DNA of 64,000 bases from positions 1 to 64,000 of the IMG/VR virus record IMGVR_UViG_3300044692_000034. One strand, written 5' to 3'. The notes under the pieces are model-generated. The model saw nothing but the letters and a program-made list of their open reading frames with translations, was not told the DNA's origin and ran no database searches. Both the position numbers and the translations under genes were made by a program. Of the stretch, positions 1 through 9,542 are shown piece by piece (the stretch's first letter is position 1; every line of letters starts with the position of its first letter). This stretch comes from a virus.

Positions 1-551
1 CGGCGGGGTGCGGCTGCGCCGCGATGGCCGCGATGCGTCCCTCCCCCCTCCCCGTGGGGGGTGGCGCGTGTGGGCTCGATGCGGCGTGTCTGCGGTGTTG
101 CGTGGGATGCGCACGGGATTTGTGGATGCGTGAGTGTGAGAGCCGGGACGTGGCGTTTACGCGATTGGCTGTGAGCCGTGCTGCGGGGCGCGTACCGAGA
201 CGGATGCCCGGATGGGGTGATGTGCTGGATGCGGTGCGCGCGTGCCGTGCGCGGGCCGCTACGGCGCCCCATGGATGCCGTGCCGTGATGCGTGCCCACC
301 GATGTAGGTACTGGCACGCGCCGAGGGGGAGTGCCATGCACGCGAGGGGGTGGGAGTGCCACCGCGTACGGGGCTACTTGCGGGCCGACTGCGGGCATGC
401 GCGAGCACGGGCCTACCCATGTGGCGGGTAGCGTGCGGGCAGGCGCTCAGCGGGCACCGCACGCGCCTGACAGCACGCGCTCAGTGGAGCGGCCTACAGG
501 GGTGCGGCGCAGCGGTGTGCTGGCACTCGTGCGGGGCCTGCCCGTACGCGC

Positions 552-635
552 GAGCGGCCCGGGGCTACCGGGCCGCTCAAGGGGTGCGTACGGGGGGCTA
601 CAACGCGCGAGCGGCCCGCACGTGGCGGGCCGCTC
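552..635. repeat. Two tandem hairpins with identical 10-bp stems GAGCGGCCCG/CGGGCCGCTC
   Basis: 552-578 and 609-635; different 7-nt loops; within a non-coding region with several GGGCTAC repeats. Confidence 0.8.
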
Positions 636-742
636 AGGGGGGCTACTTGGTGGCGTACGCGGCGGCTAGCGGAGTGGGCTGCACCCGCACCCAACCGCCC
701 TCTCCCGGCTTGCTCACCGGGCCGTTGGCGGCGGCCATGCGC

Positions 743-1333
743 CTAGCTCTCGATCGGCGTGCTCTCGCCGATCATGGCGGCGACCATGGTGTGGCCGTGC
801 TCCGGCACGCTGCTCGTGCCCTGCTCGGCCGTGCCCGCCTTGGCGGCCTGCCCGGCACGCGCGGCCTTGGCGGCTTCGCGGCGAGCGTTGCGGCACTCCC
901 GGCACACCGGCTCCCGGCGCACGCCCCCGTTGGTGTGGTGCCCGGCCGTCGGGAACTTGGTGAGCGGGAGCGGCACGCCCGGGGCCTGCACGCACGCCTT
1001 GCCGCTCGCGCACACCTGCTCGCCCTCGGTGGCCACACCGGTAGCCTCGGGGCGCTTGCGGCCACTCGGGGTGGCGTACTGCTCGGCGAGCGCCAGCAGC
1101 GCCGGGCCGTACTCCTCGCACGCGGCCTGCGCCTTGCTCAGCTCCCGCGTGAGCGCGGCCCGCTCCCGGCCCGCCTTGGTGTCGCGCACCTGCTCGATGG
1201 CGCGCGCCGTGCTCACGAGCGTAAGCAGGATCTCGCGGGCCTGCTCGGCGCGCTCCGCGCCCGTGCTCGGCTGGTCGGTGGCGGAGAGCAGAGCGGCGGC
1301 CTGCGAGGCGGGGGTGCTGGTGGTGGTGGCCAT
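743..1333 (-). CDS. Hypothetical protein with Zn-ribbon module (P-x-TKFPT...CRxCR), paralog family member 1
   Basis: AGGAG RBS before ATG 1333; CASGKAC...PLTKFPT...CRECRNARR matches 31315-32061 and 36815-37504. Confidence 0.75.
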   Translation of the reverse strand: MATTTSTPASQAAALLSATDQPSTGAERAEQAREILLTLVSTARAIEQVRDTKAGRERAALTRELSKAQAACEEYGPALLALAEQYATPSGRKRPEATGVATEGEQVCASGKACVQAPGVPLPLTKFPTAGHHTNGGVRREPVCRECRNARREAAKAARAGQAAKAGTAEQGTSSVPEHGHTMVAAMIGESTPIES

Positions 1334-2108
1334 GGTGGCTCCTAGCGGTTGGCGCCTGCCCGAGTGGCGGGCGCTGGGTGGTGGGCAACTGCAACCCGAA
1401 TTAGAGCGCAAAGCGGTCAACTGCACAAGGGGTCGAGCGAGTGTTTTCGCGCCAAACTTTCAACCCGGGCCGGGCCGCCTGCCCGCCTGCCAGCACGAGC
1501 ACCCGGCGCCCGCATCGGCGGGGGCCTGCACGAGCACCCGGCCGATGGCCGCATCGGGCAGGCGGCCCGCGCGGCGGCAACCCGGATGCGGGGGCGCAGG
1601 CGCCCATGCGGATGTGCGCATCCGGGCGACGTGGATGCCCGCATCGGCGCATCCGTGGCGGCGCCCGCATCACGCTTACCAACCGCTTTTTTTGACGCGT
1701 CAAACTTGCGCCGAGATTTCCGCATCCGCAGACGCCGGCATCGCGCGACGTATGCGACCTCGCGAGCGCGCGATGGGCTAATCGGCGCCGGCCAGGAGCC
1801 AAACAGATGCCGCAATCGCCGATGTTGCGGTCACGCGCGATTGAGAGGATGCGATGCGCTCACCAAGCCGCCCGAGGCGGCTGTCAAAACATCGGGAGGG
1901 TCGCGCGGGCCGCGAACTGGCCACGAATCAGGGCGCGGCCCGCGCGAGGGGATCTGGTAGGTCCCGATGGGTGCTTCGGGCGGCAACCTACACCACAGAC
2001 CACACCATCGCGAACACGCACGCAGGATTGGCGCATCATGGGGACCAGGCAATCGCCGATACGCGGGGCGCGTCTGGCCGATGGCGGCATCAGCGTGACA
2101 GACACAAA

Positions 2109-2131
2109 GAAGCGGCCCGATGAGCCGCTTC
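2109..2131 (-). terminator. Intrinsic terminator closing the minus-strand gene array
   Basis: 8-bp stem GAAGCGGC/GCCGCTTC followed on minus strand by TTTGTGT, just downstream of ORF ending 2157. Confidence 0.65.
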
Positions 2132-2156
2132 CTTGCCTCAGCGCGATGCTGTTAGT

Positions 2157-2294
2157 TCAGTGGCGCCACGGGAGCCGCCACCGCGCACGAGACGAGCGGT
2201 TCGTGACAGCACGCTCACGGCGAGCCTGCGGCAGCGTGATGGCGGGGTCGAGGGTGCACTCGACGAGCTGGACGGTGTGGCGGTCCGCGCTCAT
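2157..2294 (-). CDS. Small hypothetical protein (45 aa, MSADRH...)
   Basis: Hand-translated; starts 2 nt after upstream stop. Confidence 0.5.
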   Translation of the reverse strand: MSADRHTVQLVECTLDPAITLPQARRERAVTNRSSRARWRLPWRH

Positions 2295-2296
2295 CG

Positions 2297-2389
2297 CTAC
2301 CACTCGCCGTCCTCACCGGTGGGACGCGGAGCGGGCAGCTCGCGCACGACGGGCATTGCGAAGTTGGTGTGTGACTGTGTGGTGGGCAT
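2297..2389 (-). CDS. Leaderless microprotein (30 aa, MPTTQSHTNF...)
   Basis: Hand-translated; ATG 6 nt downstream of -10 TATGGT. Confidence 0.6.
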   Translation of the reverse strand: MPTTQSHTNFAMPVVRELPAPRPTGEDGEW

Positions 2390-2438
2390 AGAACGACCAT
2401 ACGCCTACGTCTTGGTCACGTCAAGGGTGTTTCGTTCG
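2390..2438 (-). promoter_or_regulatory. Family promoter TTGACG-17-TATGGT-6-ATG
   Basis: -35 at 2419-2424, -10 at 2396-2401, TGACC directly after -35, CGAAC 9 nt upstream. Confidence 0.85.
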
Positions 2439-2530
2439 TTTCTGATCGATGTGTCGGTACGCTGACAAACCGGCCGCCGGTGCATCCCCAGACACGGAGC
2501 GGCTACCGGATGAGCACATCCGACCCACAT

Positions 2531-2615
2531 GTGCAGTCCACGCGTCGTGCAGTCCACGCGTCGTGCAGTCCCGCAGTCGCAGTATCGCGCAGTCCTGCCA
2601 TCGCTGCGCAGTCCC
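2531..2615. repeat. Tandem GTGCAGTCCACGCGTC repeat (2.5 copies) plus further GCAGTC units
   Basis: 16-mers at 2531-2546 and 2547-2562, partial 2563-2571, more GCAGT(C) to ~2615. Confidence 0.85.
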
Positions 2616-2623
2616 GAGACGCA

Positions 2624-2650
2624 GAGAGCCCCGCCAAAAGCGGGGCTCTC
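2624..2650 (-). terminator. GC-rich hairpin, probable terminator
   Basis: Perfect 11-bp stem GAGAGCCCCGC/GCGGGGCTCTC downstream of ORF 2703-3056; no clear U-tract. Confidence 0.55.
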
Positions 2651-2702
2651 CACACCGTCAACGCATCGGTAGCAGCCAAGCGTCGGCCGCCACCCTAGCA
2701 GG

Positions 2703-3056
2703 CTAGTCGTTGAACACGCGCACGCGGATCGCGCCGTTGCGGTCCCTGTGGTCGGCGGGCAGCAGGTCCCACCACAGCAGGTCGCCGTCCCGCCTCTCCA
2801 CGTGCTCGACCACGTACGCCATCCGCGCCTGCGTGACCTGCGACACAAGCGTGAGGCCCTCGTCGCACGCATCGGCGTACACCTGCCCGAAGTCGCCCGG
2901 GAGGCTGCTGTGCTCGGTCACGAGCATCCGCTCCTCGGGCACCCACGTGAAGATCTCGCTGTTCGTGGCGAGCATCAGCGGGTACAGCAAGTTCGTGTTC
3001 TGGCGGGTACGGCGATTGCGGCGGGTACGTGCGCGGGTGGCGGTGGTGGCGGGCAT
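2703..3056 (-). CDS. Leaderless hypothetical protein (MPATTAT...)
   Basis: ORF track plus family promoter TTGCGC-17-TTGAAT. Confidence 0.8.
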   Translation of the reverse strand: MPATTATRARTRRNRRTRQNTNLLYPLMLATNSEIFTWVPEERMLVTEHSSLPGDFGQVYADACDEGLTLVSQVTQARMAYVVEHVERRDGDLLWWDLLPADHRDRNGAIRVRVFND

Positions 3057-3115
3057 ACGCGTATTCAACCGTGCGGGTGGGTTCAGCGCAACACGTAACG
3101 TTCGTACGGCGCGCC

Positions 3116-3262
3116 TTACGGGACGACTACGGCCATCGCGACGAGTGCGCACAGGGCGATGACGCCGACGGCCGCGAAGACCCACTGGACGGATTTGCTC
3201 TCCGATGCGAGCCCGAAGCACGGACCGAAGATTCCGACCAGCATCAGCACGATGACGATCAT
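3116..3262 (-). CDS. Small 2-TM membrane protein
   Basis: MIVIVLMLVGIFG...WVFAAVGVIALCALVAMAVVVP. Confidence 0.6.
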   Translation of the reverse strand: MIVIVLMLVGIFGPCFGLASESKSVQWVFAAVGVIALCALVAMAVVVP

Positions 3263-3264
3263 TG

Positions 3265-3720
3265 CTACAGGCCCAAGCCGTAGCTGCTCGCGTACATCAT
3301 CTCGCCGTACGCCTCGGTGCTCGCGGCAAGCTCGGCCTCCTCGTCGGTCTGGTCGACCTGCCACTCGGTGTGAACCAGCGGCTCCATCCCATTCCGGGCC
3401 GCGATCCACGTCGCCGTCTCGCGCGCATCGCGGCAGCACGACCCGGCGCACACGTACACGTAGGACTGCGTGTCGCGCATGTAGATGGCGCCGACGTGGC
3501 CTGAGCGGCGTCCGAGAGCGCGGAGTGCGTCACGGGCCGTCTCATGCATCCCGGTGTGCTCGTACTCGACGTGGTCGTGCGTCCAGCCGCATCCGCCGCA
3601 GTGCTCCGCTTGCGGCTTGACGTATCGGCGAGCGTTGTGGAGCATCGACGGCTCAGGGTCGCTTCCGCACGTGATGTGCGGCGTCGCGAACTCGGGCATG
3701 GTGGGCAGGTTGGTGGGCAT
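3265..3720 (-). CDS. Leaderless Cys/His-rich hypothetical protein (MPTNLPT...)
   Basis: Family promoter; CGGC and CAGSCC motifs. Confidence 0.8.
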   Translation of the reverse strand: MPTNLPTMPEFATPHITCGSDPEPSMLHNARRYVKPQAEHCGGCGWTHDHVEYEHTGMHETARDALRALGRRSGHVGAIYMRDTQSYVYVCAGSCCRDARETATWIAARNGMEPLVHTEWQVDQTDEEAELAASTEAYGEMMYASSYGLGL

Positions 3721-3768
3721 GCGCGAAGACTCTCGCACGAGCGCAGTCATTGCAAGTGACAACGTTCG
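3721..3768 (-). promoter_or_regulatory. Family promoter CGAAC-8-TTGCAA-17-GAGTCT-6-ATG
   Basis: Direct reading of the minus strand. Confidence 0.8.
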
Positions 3769-3929
3769 GAGGGCGGCCGGGTGGCGGAGGATGGGCCGCC
3801 ACCCGGCCGAGGGTCCGGATCTGCCCGCGAGGGACGCCAAGCCGTGCCGGGGTCGACGGAAGGCTAGGCGAGCCCCAATGTAGCGCATCCCGCAACCGAT
3901 GGCCGCATCGCCGGGCCTCGATGAGACGC

Positions 3930-3954
3930 AGAACCCGCCTGGATGGCGGGTTCT
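3930..3954 (-). terminator. Hairpin, probable terminator
   Basis: 10-bp perfect stem AGAACCCGCC/GGCGGGTTCT downstream of ORF 3983-4390. Confidence 0.55.
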
Positions 3955-3982
3955 CGTGCGCGCGCATTATGCGCGGACGCGC

Positions 3983-4390
3983 CTACGCGTGCCCGTATAC
4001 GCGACGGTCCGCGTCCTCTGCGAGCCATTCCACGGACGCGTGCTTGTCCAGCAGCTCGTCGAGCGCCCGCGACCGCACGCTTTGGTCGTCGAGCCAGATG
4101 CGGTCTTCGTTGGACCACCAGCCGCGCGTCTCGTAATCCTCCGGGCCGGTCCGCTGGAACGATCGCACGAACGAGGCGTGCACCTCAACGCGGCCGGCGC
4201 TGATGCGCTGGTACACCTGCACGTGCTCCCGCTGCTCGACCCCCTGCGGGTCGTCGTGCGGGTAGTCCACCCGCACCCGCACAAGCAGCGCGTCGAGTAC
4301 GGGCGCGGGGGCGCGCAGCAGCACGAGCGGGGACACCTGCCACGTGTGCGCGAGGAGCGTGGCGGAGAGCGGAGCGGCTTTGGTGGGCAT
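3983..4390 (-). CDS. Leaderless hypothetical protein (MPTKAAP...)
   Basis: Family promoter with -10 TAGCAT. Confidence 0.8.
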   Translation of the reverse strand: MPTKAAPLSATLLAHTWQVSPLVLLRAPAPVLDALLVRVRVDYPHDDPQGVEQREHVQVYQRISAGRVEVHASFVRSFQRTGPEDYETRGWWSNEDRIWLDDQSVRSRALDELLDKHASVEWLAEDADRRVYGHA

Positions 4391-4443
4391 GCCGCGCATG
4401 CTACGCGCGCGGCACGGTCACGTCCAAAGCAGAGCGTTCGCGG

Positions 4444-4824
4444 CTAGTCCTTGCCGAGGTACGCGGCGATGACCGCCTCGGCATGCGCCTGCGCCGTGCT
4501 GCGCGACACGACCATGCCGTACGTGTCTCTGATCCTGTCCTCCGCCTCGGCTGCCATCAGCGCGGTCGTCGCACGCTTGATTCCGGCCTCGTGACCGCGC
4601 TTCGGGGTCACGCTCGACACGGAGTCGGCCGGCCTCGGTGGCGGCAACATCGGCCGAAGCATCGACGCCGGCGGTTCCGGTAGCACGGTGAGACCGGCGT
4701 TCTGGAGGACCTTCGTGTTCCGCTCAGCGCGCTTCCGCCACCGGTCTCGGTCCTCAGTCAGGAGGGCGACTCTTATCGCCAGCCAGATCACGATGATCAT
4801 CGGCATGACGACGAGGGCGATCAC
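4444..4824 (-). CDS. N-terminally membrane-anchored protein
   Basis: Hydrophobic N-terminus followed by a coiled segment. Confidence 0.65.
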   Translation of the reverse strand: MIALVVMPMIIVIWLAIRVALLTEDRDRWRKRAERNTKVLQNAGLTVLPEPPASMLRPMLPPPRPADSVSSVTPKRGHEAGIKRATTALMAAEAEDRIRDTYGMVVSRSTAQAHAEAVIAAYLGKD

Positions 4825-4942
4825 AGTAGCGCTCCTGCCGTCGCCGCAGCCCAGGAGGCACGGACCTGGATGCGGCGACGGCCGGCGCTCTGGCCCACCA
4901 CGCGAATGCCCGGTCGCGTAGTCCCTTCTCGGGCCAAGATTG

Positions 4943-5101
4943 TCACTTCGGCACTTCCTGGCGTGCCGTTACCTCCAGGTAGACGACACGGTTCACGAAC
5001 TGCGTTTCGGCGAGTCCATCCCCGTGAACCTGCACGTAGAACTTGCGTGTGAACTCCAACGCCACGGCAACATCGCGCAGGTCGTCTCCTTCCAGGATCA
5101 C
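4943..5101 (-). CDS. Small hypothetical protein (52 aa, GTG start)
   Basis: Hand-translated MILEGDDLRDVAVALEF...; GTGA overlaps at both ends. Confidence 0.55.
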   Translation of the reverse strand: MILEGDDLRDVAVALEFTRKFYVQVHGDGLAETQFVNRVVYLEVTARQEVPK

Positions 5102-5430
5102 CGCGAGGCCATCTTCCGGTTGCGGTACGCGCGACGGCGGGCGTCAGCGATGCGCTCGCGCCGCGCCCGCTCATCCATCTCCACCTTGCTCGGCCGCCAG
5201 AAGATGGCGCTCGCCAGCGCCATCATGCAGATACCGGCAGAGACCGGCCACGGAAGCCTCCCGAAGCTTTCGCTGATGAGCGCGGCGCCTCCGCCGCCCA
5301 TCAGCACAGCGAACAGGAGGATCACGCCGCCCTCGCCGCGAGCGCGGATCACCGCGTACCGGCCGATGGGCAGCGCCAGCCGCAGCAGCGTCACGCCCAC
5401 GATGATGTGCCACAGGTCGACGGCGAGCAT
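5098..5430 (-). CDS. 3-TM membrane protein
   Basis: MLAVDLWHIIVG...; TGATG overlap with upstream gene. Confidence 0.7.
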   Translation of the reverse strand: MLAVDLWHIIVGVTLLRLALPIGRYAVIRARGEGGVILLFAVLMGGGGAALISESFGRLPWPVSAGICMMALASAIFWRPSKVEMDERARRERIADARRRAYRNRKMASR

Positions 5431-6029
5431 CAGGCGGCCACCTTCTCGATCTGCTCGTTGATCTCCGTGAGCGGGATCGTGCCGTGGCAAAACTTCCCGT
5501 TCTCGCCGGACGGCGCGTTCGGCAGCGGCTCCCACGACCACACGATGTCCCTGACCCCGCACCGGATCGTCGTCTTCCCGTACAGGCCGTCGAGCGCTTC
5601 GCGGAGCAGCGAGTGTGCCGCCATCTTCTCGTCGTGCTGCCGCTTCGTCGCGTTCCACTTCGCGCGGTCGCCGGCGTCGGTGAGCGGCAGGATCATGCCG
5701 ACGTTCTCGACGCGGCAGAACTGCTCGCTGTCCGGCCCGAACGCGTTGAACTGCTTGTCGACGTGCGTGTACGCCAGCAGGGCGCCGCTGCCGAGGTTGG
5801 CATCCCGGACGCCGGTGAGCACCACGTTCAGGATGGTGTGGCCCGTGCCAGTGTCGGCCACGAACGCGACGGGCGCGCCCTTGAGCGCGTCCACGGCGAG
5901 CCGGAGGTGGCCGGGCGTCCATCGCGTGTACGCGCGCTCCGTCACGTTCTGGCAGAAGTCGCTCGGCACGAGCACGCAGCTCGTGAGCGCGGGAGTGATG
6001 GGTGAGCGGGTGCTCTCGGTGGTGGGCAT
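5430..6029 (-). CDS. Leaderless hypothetical protein (MPTTEST...)
   Basis: Promoter TTGCCC-17-TACTCT-6-ATG. Confidence 0.85.
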   Translation of the reverse strand: MPTTESTRSPITPALTSCVLVPSDFCQNVTERAYTRWTPGHLRLAVDALKGAPVAFVADTGTGHTILNVVLTGVRDANLGSGALLAYTHVDKQFNAFGPDSEQFCRVENVGMILPLTDAGDRAKWNATKRQHDEKMAAHSLLREALDGLYGKTTIRCGVRDIVWSWEPLPNAPSGENGKFCHGTIPLTEINEQIEKVAA

Positions 6030-6085
6030 GGTTGAAGAGTACGCGCGCTTGCCGGTCAGGGCAAGCGCACACTGTCGAGTCTTGG

Positions 6086-6529
6086 TCAGTTGGCGATCCG
6101 GCTGTACCCGGTGCGGTTGATGTGGACCGTGCCGTCGTCGGTGACGGTCATGATGGTCTGGTCCTTGCCGAGGGAGACGTCGGTGAACATCGGAGGGCGC
6201 TTGCCGGCGCGATGCGCGCGCTGCGCGAGGATCATGTACGCCTGCGCCTGCGCGTCGGTGATCCCGGACCATCCGTGACCGACGCACATGTACCAGTCGA
6301 CGCGGCCGTCGTGGCGGATGATGCCAACGAGGTCGTTCGCGCTCAGGGACGGCAGGTCGTACCCGGCGAGACCGAGGCGCGCGACGTCGTCGGCGGTCAC
6401 AACGTTGAAGTAGCGGAACACGTCCTCGAGGTCCTCGATGCCGTCGAGCGTGCTCGGGTACGCGCCTTGCCATCCGCGACCCGCCGAGACGACGAAGACG
6501 CACAGAGTCTGCTGTGTGGTGGTGGGCAT
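6086..6529 (-). CDS. Leaderless hypothetical protein (MPTTTQQ...), possible YodL-like domain
   Basis: Promoter TTGCAA-16-TATTCT; LEDVFRYFN...PSLSANDLV...WYMCVGHGW resembles the YodL-like pattern. Confidence 0.75.
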   Translation of the reverse strand: MPTTTQQTLCVFVVSAGRGWQGAYPSTLDGIEDLEDVFRYFNVVTADDVARLGLAGYDLPSLSANDLVGIIRHDGRVDWYMCVGHGWSGITDAQAQAYMILAQRAHRAGKRPPMFTDVSLGKDQTIMTVTDDGTVHINRTGYSRIAN

Positions 6530-6731
6530 GCTCGAAGAATAGCCGCGTGCGTAGTCATTGCAAGCGGTTACTTTCGCTGCGAGTCGAAGAACGAGATGCA
6601 CCCAATCGCCAACCCGCTGAGGGTCGCGGCCACACACACGAGCGCAAGCGAACGATGCATCACGCCAACCGCCCACACGGTGGATGTGACCATCCCGACG
6701 CATAGGCCAATGGCATACGCGGCGCTCCTGT

Positions 6732-7097
6732 TCACATCTGCACCGGGTCGTCAATGCCGCCGCTCCGCTGGACGGCATACCAGTCGGGCCAGCAGATGCC
6801 CGCGCCAGTGAGTGTCCACGTGCGGCCATCCGACGCCACGGCGGCGACCGTCTGCCATGCCGGCTCGCCTTCGACGAGGCCCGATTCGAGTTGGGGGTTC
6901 GGCGCGAAGAGTTGGACGCTCACTGGCGGCTCGCTGAACGGCAGGGTTGTGCCTTCGCACCAGCCGTCGTCCATGAGCCTCGCGAGCGCCTGCACTTGGT
7001 CGTTGTTCAGGACGGGGCAGGTCGTTACCTGACCGAACAGGACCTTGAATCGTGCGCGGTCTTCCTGGAGTCGCTTGCGTGCCTCGTCGGGTGTCAT
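6732..7097 (-). CDS. Hypothetical protein
   Basis: ATGA-coupled ORF. Confidence 0.65.
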   Translation of the reverse strand: MTPDEARKRLQEDRARFKVLFGQVTTCPVLNNDQVQALARLMDDGWCEGTTLPFSEPPVSVQLFAPNPQLESGLVEGEPAWQTVAAVASDGRTWTLTGAGICWPDWYAVQRSGGIDDPVQM

Positions 7098-7522
7098 GCG
7101 CTCGCCCCCTTGAGCCGCAGCAGCATGTCGACAGCCGTGAGCGCGGCGTTGACAAACGCCTCGTGGTTGGGTACAGGGCTCTTCGCGAGCAGCAGTCCCG
7201 GCGGGACCGGCCCACCGCCGACGGTGTCGACGATTGCTGCGATGTCGCCGTCGAGCACGATGACGGTCGTGAGCGAGAACGGCCGCTGGCTACCGATGAA
7301 CGGGCCTTCGTCCTCGCCGTACACGCGGACGGACGTCTCATCGGCCGCGATCGTCTCCTGGAGCGCGAACAACTGGCCGCCGTAGAAGTGCGGCTTCACT
7401 GCGCTGTACGTGCTGCTCACGCAGTAGTAGATGCGGCCACACGAGCGGATGCAGTGCCGCAGCTCACGCGCGATGATGTCATCACCGGCCGGCGTCGCGT
7501 AGTGGCCGCCGTCTTCTCTCAT
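7094..7522 (-). CDS. Hypothetical protein
   Basis: MREDGGHY...; ATGA overlap. Confidence 0.65.
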   Translation of the reverse strand: MREDGGHYATPAGDDIIARELRHCIRSCGRIYYCVSSTYSAVKPHFYGGQLFALQETIAADETSVRVYGEDEGPFIGSQRPFSLTTVIVLDGDIAAIVDTVGGGPVPPGLLLAKSPVPNHEAFVNAALTAVDMLLRLKGASA

Positions 7523-7932
7523 CGCATGACCTTGTGCGAGATGTGCGTGTCGAGTGCTTCGAGGGTCGGGCGGGCGCGGCTGCCGGCGCGCATCTCGAGG
7601 GCGATCTTCTCTATCCGTTCGGCCTTCTCGCGGCGTGCGCGGGCCTTGTGCGCTGCGCGGTGCTTCTCGACGAAGTGCGCGGTCGGAAACGGTTCCGAGT
7701 TGTTCAGGATGCGCAGGTCGCGGGAGTCGACGATGTCGATCAACTCCTCGTGCTCCTCGCTCTCCCACCGCACCGTGCAGATCACGATGCCGAGTTCGGC
7801 GTCGGCCGGCTCGCACCACGTCTCTTGCAGGTGCCCGACGCGCAGCCCCTCGTCAGCGTCCATGAACACGACGTCGCCGTCGGGCATGACGCCATGGTTG
7901 CTCCCGCCGTCGTAGAACATGATGCGGCTCAC
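7519..7932 (-). CDS. Hypothetical protein
   Basis: GTGA overlap with upstream gene. Confidence 0.65.
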   Translation of the reverse strand: MSRIMFYDGGSNHGVMPDGDVVFMDADEGLRVGHLQETWCEPADAELGIVICTVRWESEEHEELIDIVDSRDLRILNNSEPFPTAHFVEKHRAAHKARARREKAERIEKIALEMRAGSRARPTLEALDTHISHKVMR

Positions 7933-8129
7933 GAGAGCACCGTGACCATCTGGATGCTGTAGCTGCACAGCACCTCGTCGGAGTCGTACGCGTCGAACTT
8001 GCCTTGCGCGTCCGGGGTGCTCGCGACGACGCACCCCTGCTCGAACTCGGTGTCGAACTCGCGTCCCGGGCGGATCTCGCTCGGCTGCACGCGCATCTCG
8101 ACGCGCAGCGGGCTAGTGGTAGTGGGCAT
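7929..8129 (-). CDS. Leaderless small beta-rich protein (MPTTTSP...)
   Basis: Family promoter. Confidence 0.8.
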   Translation of the reverse strand: MPTTTSPLRVEMRVQPSEIRPGREFDTEFEQGCVVASTPDAQGKFDAYDSDEVLCSYSIQMVTVLS

Positions 8130-8177
8130 ACTCGAAAGCTACGGCCTGAGCGCAGTCACCGCAAGCCGCAACGTTCA
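8130..8177 (-). promoter_or_regulatory. Family promoter TGAAC-8-TTGCGG-17-TAGCTT-6-ATG
   Basis: Direct reading. Confidence 0.85.
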
Positions 8178-8678
8178 GGTGAGCGGAACCCCGACATCGC
8201 CGACAGCGAGGTGCACGCGGCAGCCGTTGTGCCGAGGCGCCCATCCGCTGCTCGTGAGCATGCCGTCGAAGTCCTCGTCGGGCTGCCATGGTGCGACCAG
8301 CATGGCGTCACCGATGAGGACTTCGGTGCCGCCCTTGAACCGCATGTTCCGGATGGCGCGGCAGATGGTTGCGTCGTCGCCGGACATGTAGCCGATGTCG
8401 CATGCGCTTGCGCTCTCACGCAGCAGCAGGCGGCACACGTCGACATGCCCTTCGTCGAGGAGCTTGTTCGCCGACTCCTGTACGACAAGGCTTGCCGCGT
8501 CGAGCGCACGCAACTGGAAGATGCTCGGCGCACGCGTCGCACGCGTCGACTCGATGACGCCACCGGACGGGAGCTTTCGCGTCTCCGTCGCACCGAACTC
8601 GTAACGAGCCTCGTGCCGCGCAGCAGCAAGCCTCTGGATCTGCGACTCGAACGGCTCAGGGAGTACCACGACGATCAC
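8175..8678 (-). CDS. Hypothetical protein
   Basis: GTGA-coupled ORF. Confidence 0.6.
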   Translation of the reverse strand: MIVVVLPEPFESQIQRLAAARHEARYEFGATETRKLPSGGVIESTRATRAPSIFQLRALDAASLVVQESANKLLDEGHVDVCRLLLRESASACDIGYMSGDDATICRAIRNMRFKGGTEVLIGDAMLVAPWQPDEDFDGMLTSSGWAPRHNGCRVHLAVGDVGVPLT

Positions 8679-8992
8679 GCCCTTTCGGCCAGCATCGCGA
8701 TGTACGCCTCAGCGACGATGTCGGCGACGCCTGCGTGATTGAGGCCGTACACGTCGTCCTCGATCTCGACGCGCATCGTTTCCATGCCGTCCGGCAGGCG
8801 CTCGCGCAGCGCCGTCCGCACGCCATCGACCGACCGTGCCGTGAGTTCGGCCGCCCACGGCTTGCCGAAGGCATGGCCTGACTGGTGGACGGTGAACTGG
8901 CCGGCCGGGGTGAGCTTGACCGTGATGAGCGGCGAGTCGGGGCGCGTACCGATGCGCGCCTGGTGCTCGAAGGTTGCTGTGGTGGTGGGCAT
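8675..8992 (-). CDS. Leaderless hypothetical protein (MPTTTAT...)
   Basis: TTGCGC-16-TAGTCT-7-ATG. Confidence 0.8.
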   Translation of the reverse strand: MPTTTATFEHQARIGTRPDSPLITVKLTPAGQFTVHQSGHAFGKPWAAELTARSVDGVRTALRERLPDGMETMRVEIEDDVYGLNHAGVADIVAEAYIAMLAERA

Positions 8993-9275
8993 GCTCGAAA
9001 GACTACCGCCGAGCACGGTCGGCGCAAGTACGTCCTGTCACGCCTTGGCAGGGTGTGGCACCCCGGCACGAACACGCCAATCGAACATGAACACGGAAAC
9101 GCACACGCGTTCCACTTGCGACGCCTCATCGAATGATGGGGAATGCGCAGCGGCGTACACGAAGTCGGAGATCCCCATGACGATGTACGACGCAAGCGGG
9201 ATCCGCTCCCACGCGTCCCTGTCCAGGTCGGGGTGCCCTACCGCATACGGCACCACATGACGCGGCATGTCGCCG

Positions 9276-9542
9276 CTAGACACGCGCAACGCCGCAGCGG
9301 TCGCACGTGTGCCCGGCCCGCACGAGGTGCGTGCACGACACCGGGTCGGTGCTCGGCTCCACGATTCGCTTCACGTACCACGAATGCGAGCCGAACCAGT
9401 CGGTCCCGTACGGGGCCTGCTGCATCAGCCACGAGCGCCAGAAACGCGGCTTGCTCGGCCGCTGCACGACCAGCTCCGTCCCGTCGGCGAGCGTGACGCC
9501 CATCTCGACGGGGCCTGTGGTGGACGACTTGGTGGCGGGCAT
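9276..9542 (-). CDS. Leaderless protein with C-terminal Zn-binding motif (MPATKS...)
   Basis: TTGCAT-17-TAGGTT-7-ATG; CTH...CDRC. Confidence 0.75.
   Translation of the reverse strand: MPATKSSTTGPVEMGVTLADGTELVVQRPSKPRFWRSWLMQQAPYGTDWFGSHSWYVKRIVEPSTDPVSCTHLVRAGHTCDRCGVARV

Noticed and set aside
2531-2615. Possible CRISPR array
   Set aside because: Repeats are 16 bp or shorter, directly tandem, with no unique spacers and no cas genes
3756-3775. CGAAC boxes as LexA/SOS operators
   Set aside because: The inverted GTTCG half-site 4 nt away is missing in the copies examined
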